64,000 nucleotides of DNA. It comes from Escherichia coli (lineage in GTDB: Bacteria; Pseudomonadota; Gammaproteobacteria; Enterobacterales; Enterobacteriaceae). The translations under genes and the position numbers were made by a program. Positions 63,608 to 64,000 of this stretch are shown in pieces. The notes under the pieces are model-generated. The model searched no databases. It was not told where the DNA came from and saw nothing but the letters and a program-made list of their open reading frames with translations. How positions within the stretch are numbered: the stretch's first letter is position 1; each line of letters opens with the position of its first letter. The DNA is taken from NCBI RefSeq assembly GCF_050920415.1, contig NZ_CP169309.1; one strand, 5' to 3'.

Positions 63608-64000
63608 TCAGGAGAAAACTTCGATACCGTGCTTGCGCATGGAGGCCAGTCGATAGCGCAGGGCGCGCGGGGTAATGCCTAACAAGTCGGCGATTTTGCT
63701 GCGGTTGCCCTGATATTTACGCATCAGGTCGGCGATATATTGATACTGCGCGCTTCGTCCGTGCTGGCCTAAATCACCGGTTTCGGCAATGTGGACGGCG
63801 GGCTGAACAGGCCATTGCAGATCGCTGTGGTCTGCAATATCGGTGTCCGGCAGGCCTAATGCATCCGGGTAAATTACGCCGTCGCGATTTAAAATCATTC
63901 CCCGCTGAATGGCGTTTTCCAGTTGACGCACGTTACCGGGCCAGCGGTAATTAAGCAGCGCGCGGCGGGTGGATTCGGACAGGGTGATATTTTTCACCAG
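63608..64000 (-). CDS. lafK: Sigma-54-dependent transcriptional activator, 3-prime fragment (5-prime end outside the window)
   Basis: C-terminal AAA+ signature (PGNVRQLENAIQRGMIL) and Fis-type HTH (KIADLLGITPRALRYRLASMRK); open to the window edge. Confidence 0.75.
   Translation of the reverse strand: MVKNITLSESTRRALLNYRWPGNVRQLENAIQRGMILNRDGVIYPDALGLPDTDIADHSDLQWPVQPAVHIAETGDLGQHGRSAQYQYIADLMRKYQGNRSKIADLLGITPRALRYRLASMRKHGIEVFS

Overview
Enterobacterial chromosome, almost certainly Escherichia (REP/BIME and ERIC repeats; E. coli-like PepD, PhoE, Crl, ProBA, DinB). Reading left to right: the 3-prime end of the ecp fimbrial operon (ecpC partial, ecpD, ecpE), ykgJ, yagU, the periplasmic aldehyde oxidoreductase operon paoABCD, a roughly 6.5 kb accessory stretch next to tRNA-Thr (MFS transporter, Cys-type alpha/beta hydrolase, two LysR regulators, an SDR, an AT-rich non-coding stretch), thrW, proA, proB, phoE, crl, frsA, gpt, pepD, an intact rtcB-prfH pair, yafP and dinB. 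From about 29 kb to the window end lies a Flag-2-type lateral flagellar cluster (lafUTSFEDCBA, lafZ, lafW, lfgLKJIHGFEDCBA, lfgMN, lfiJIHGFE, lafK partial). Embedded in that cluster are elements that are not core flagellar genes: (i) a convergent EcoRII-family restriction-modification pair between lfgA and lfgM; (ii) a sigma-54-promoted gene of unknown function followed by a three-domain glycosyltransferase with a TagF-like C-terminus, plus a TagD-like cytidylyltransferase translationally coupled to lfiJ, which together predict a glycerol-phosphate-containing modification of a flagellar component; (iii) an AT-rich pair of overlapping genes with no recognisable domains, the best candidate here for an undescribed system; (iv) three copies of a roughly 140 bp MITE-like palindromic repeat. 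Three sigma-54 promoter matches were read directly from the sequence. All assignments rest on reading the translations and motifs by eye; no database search or computation was run. CDS coordinates include the stop codon.
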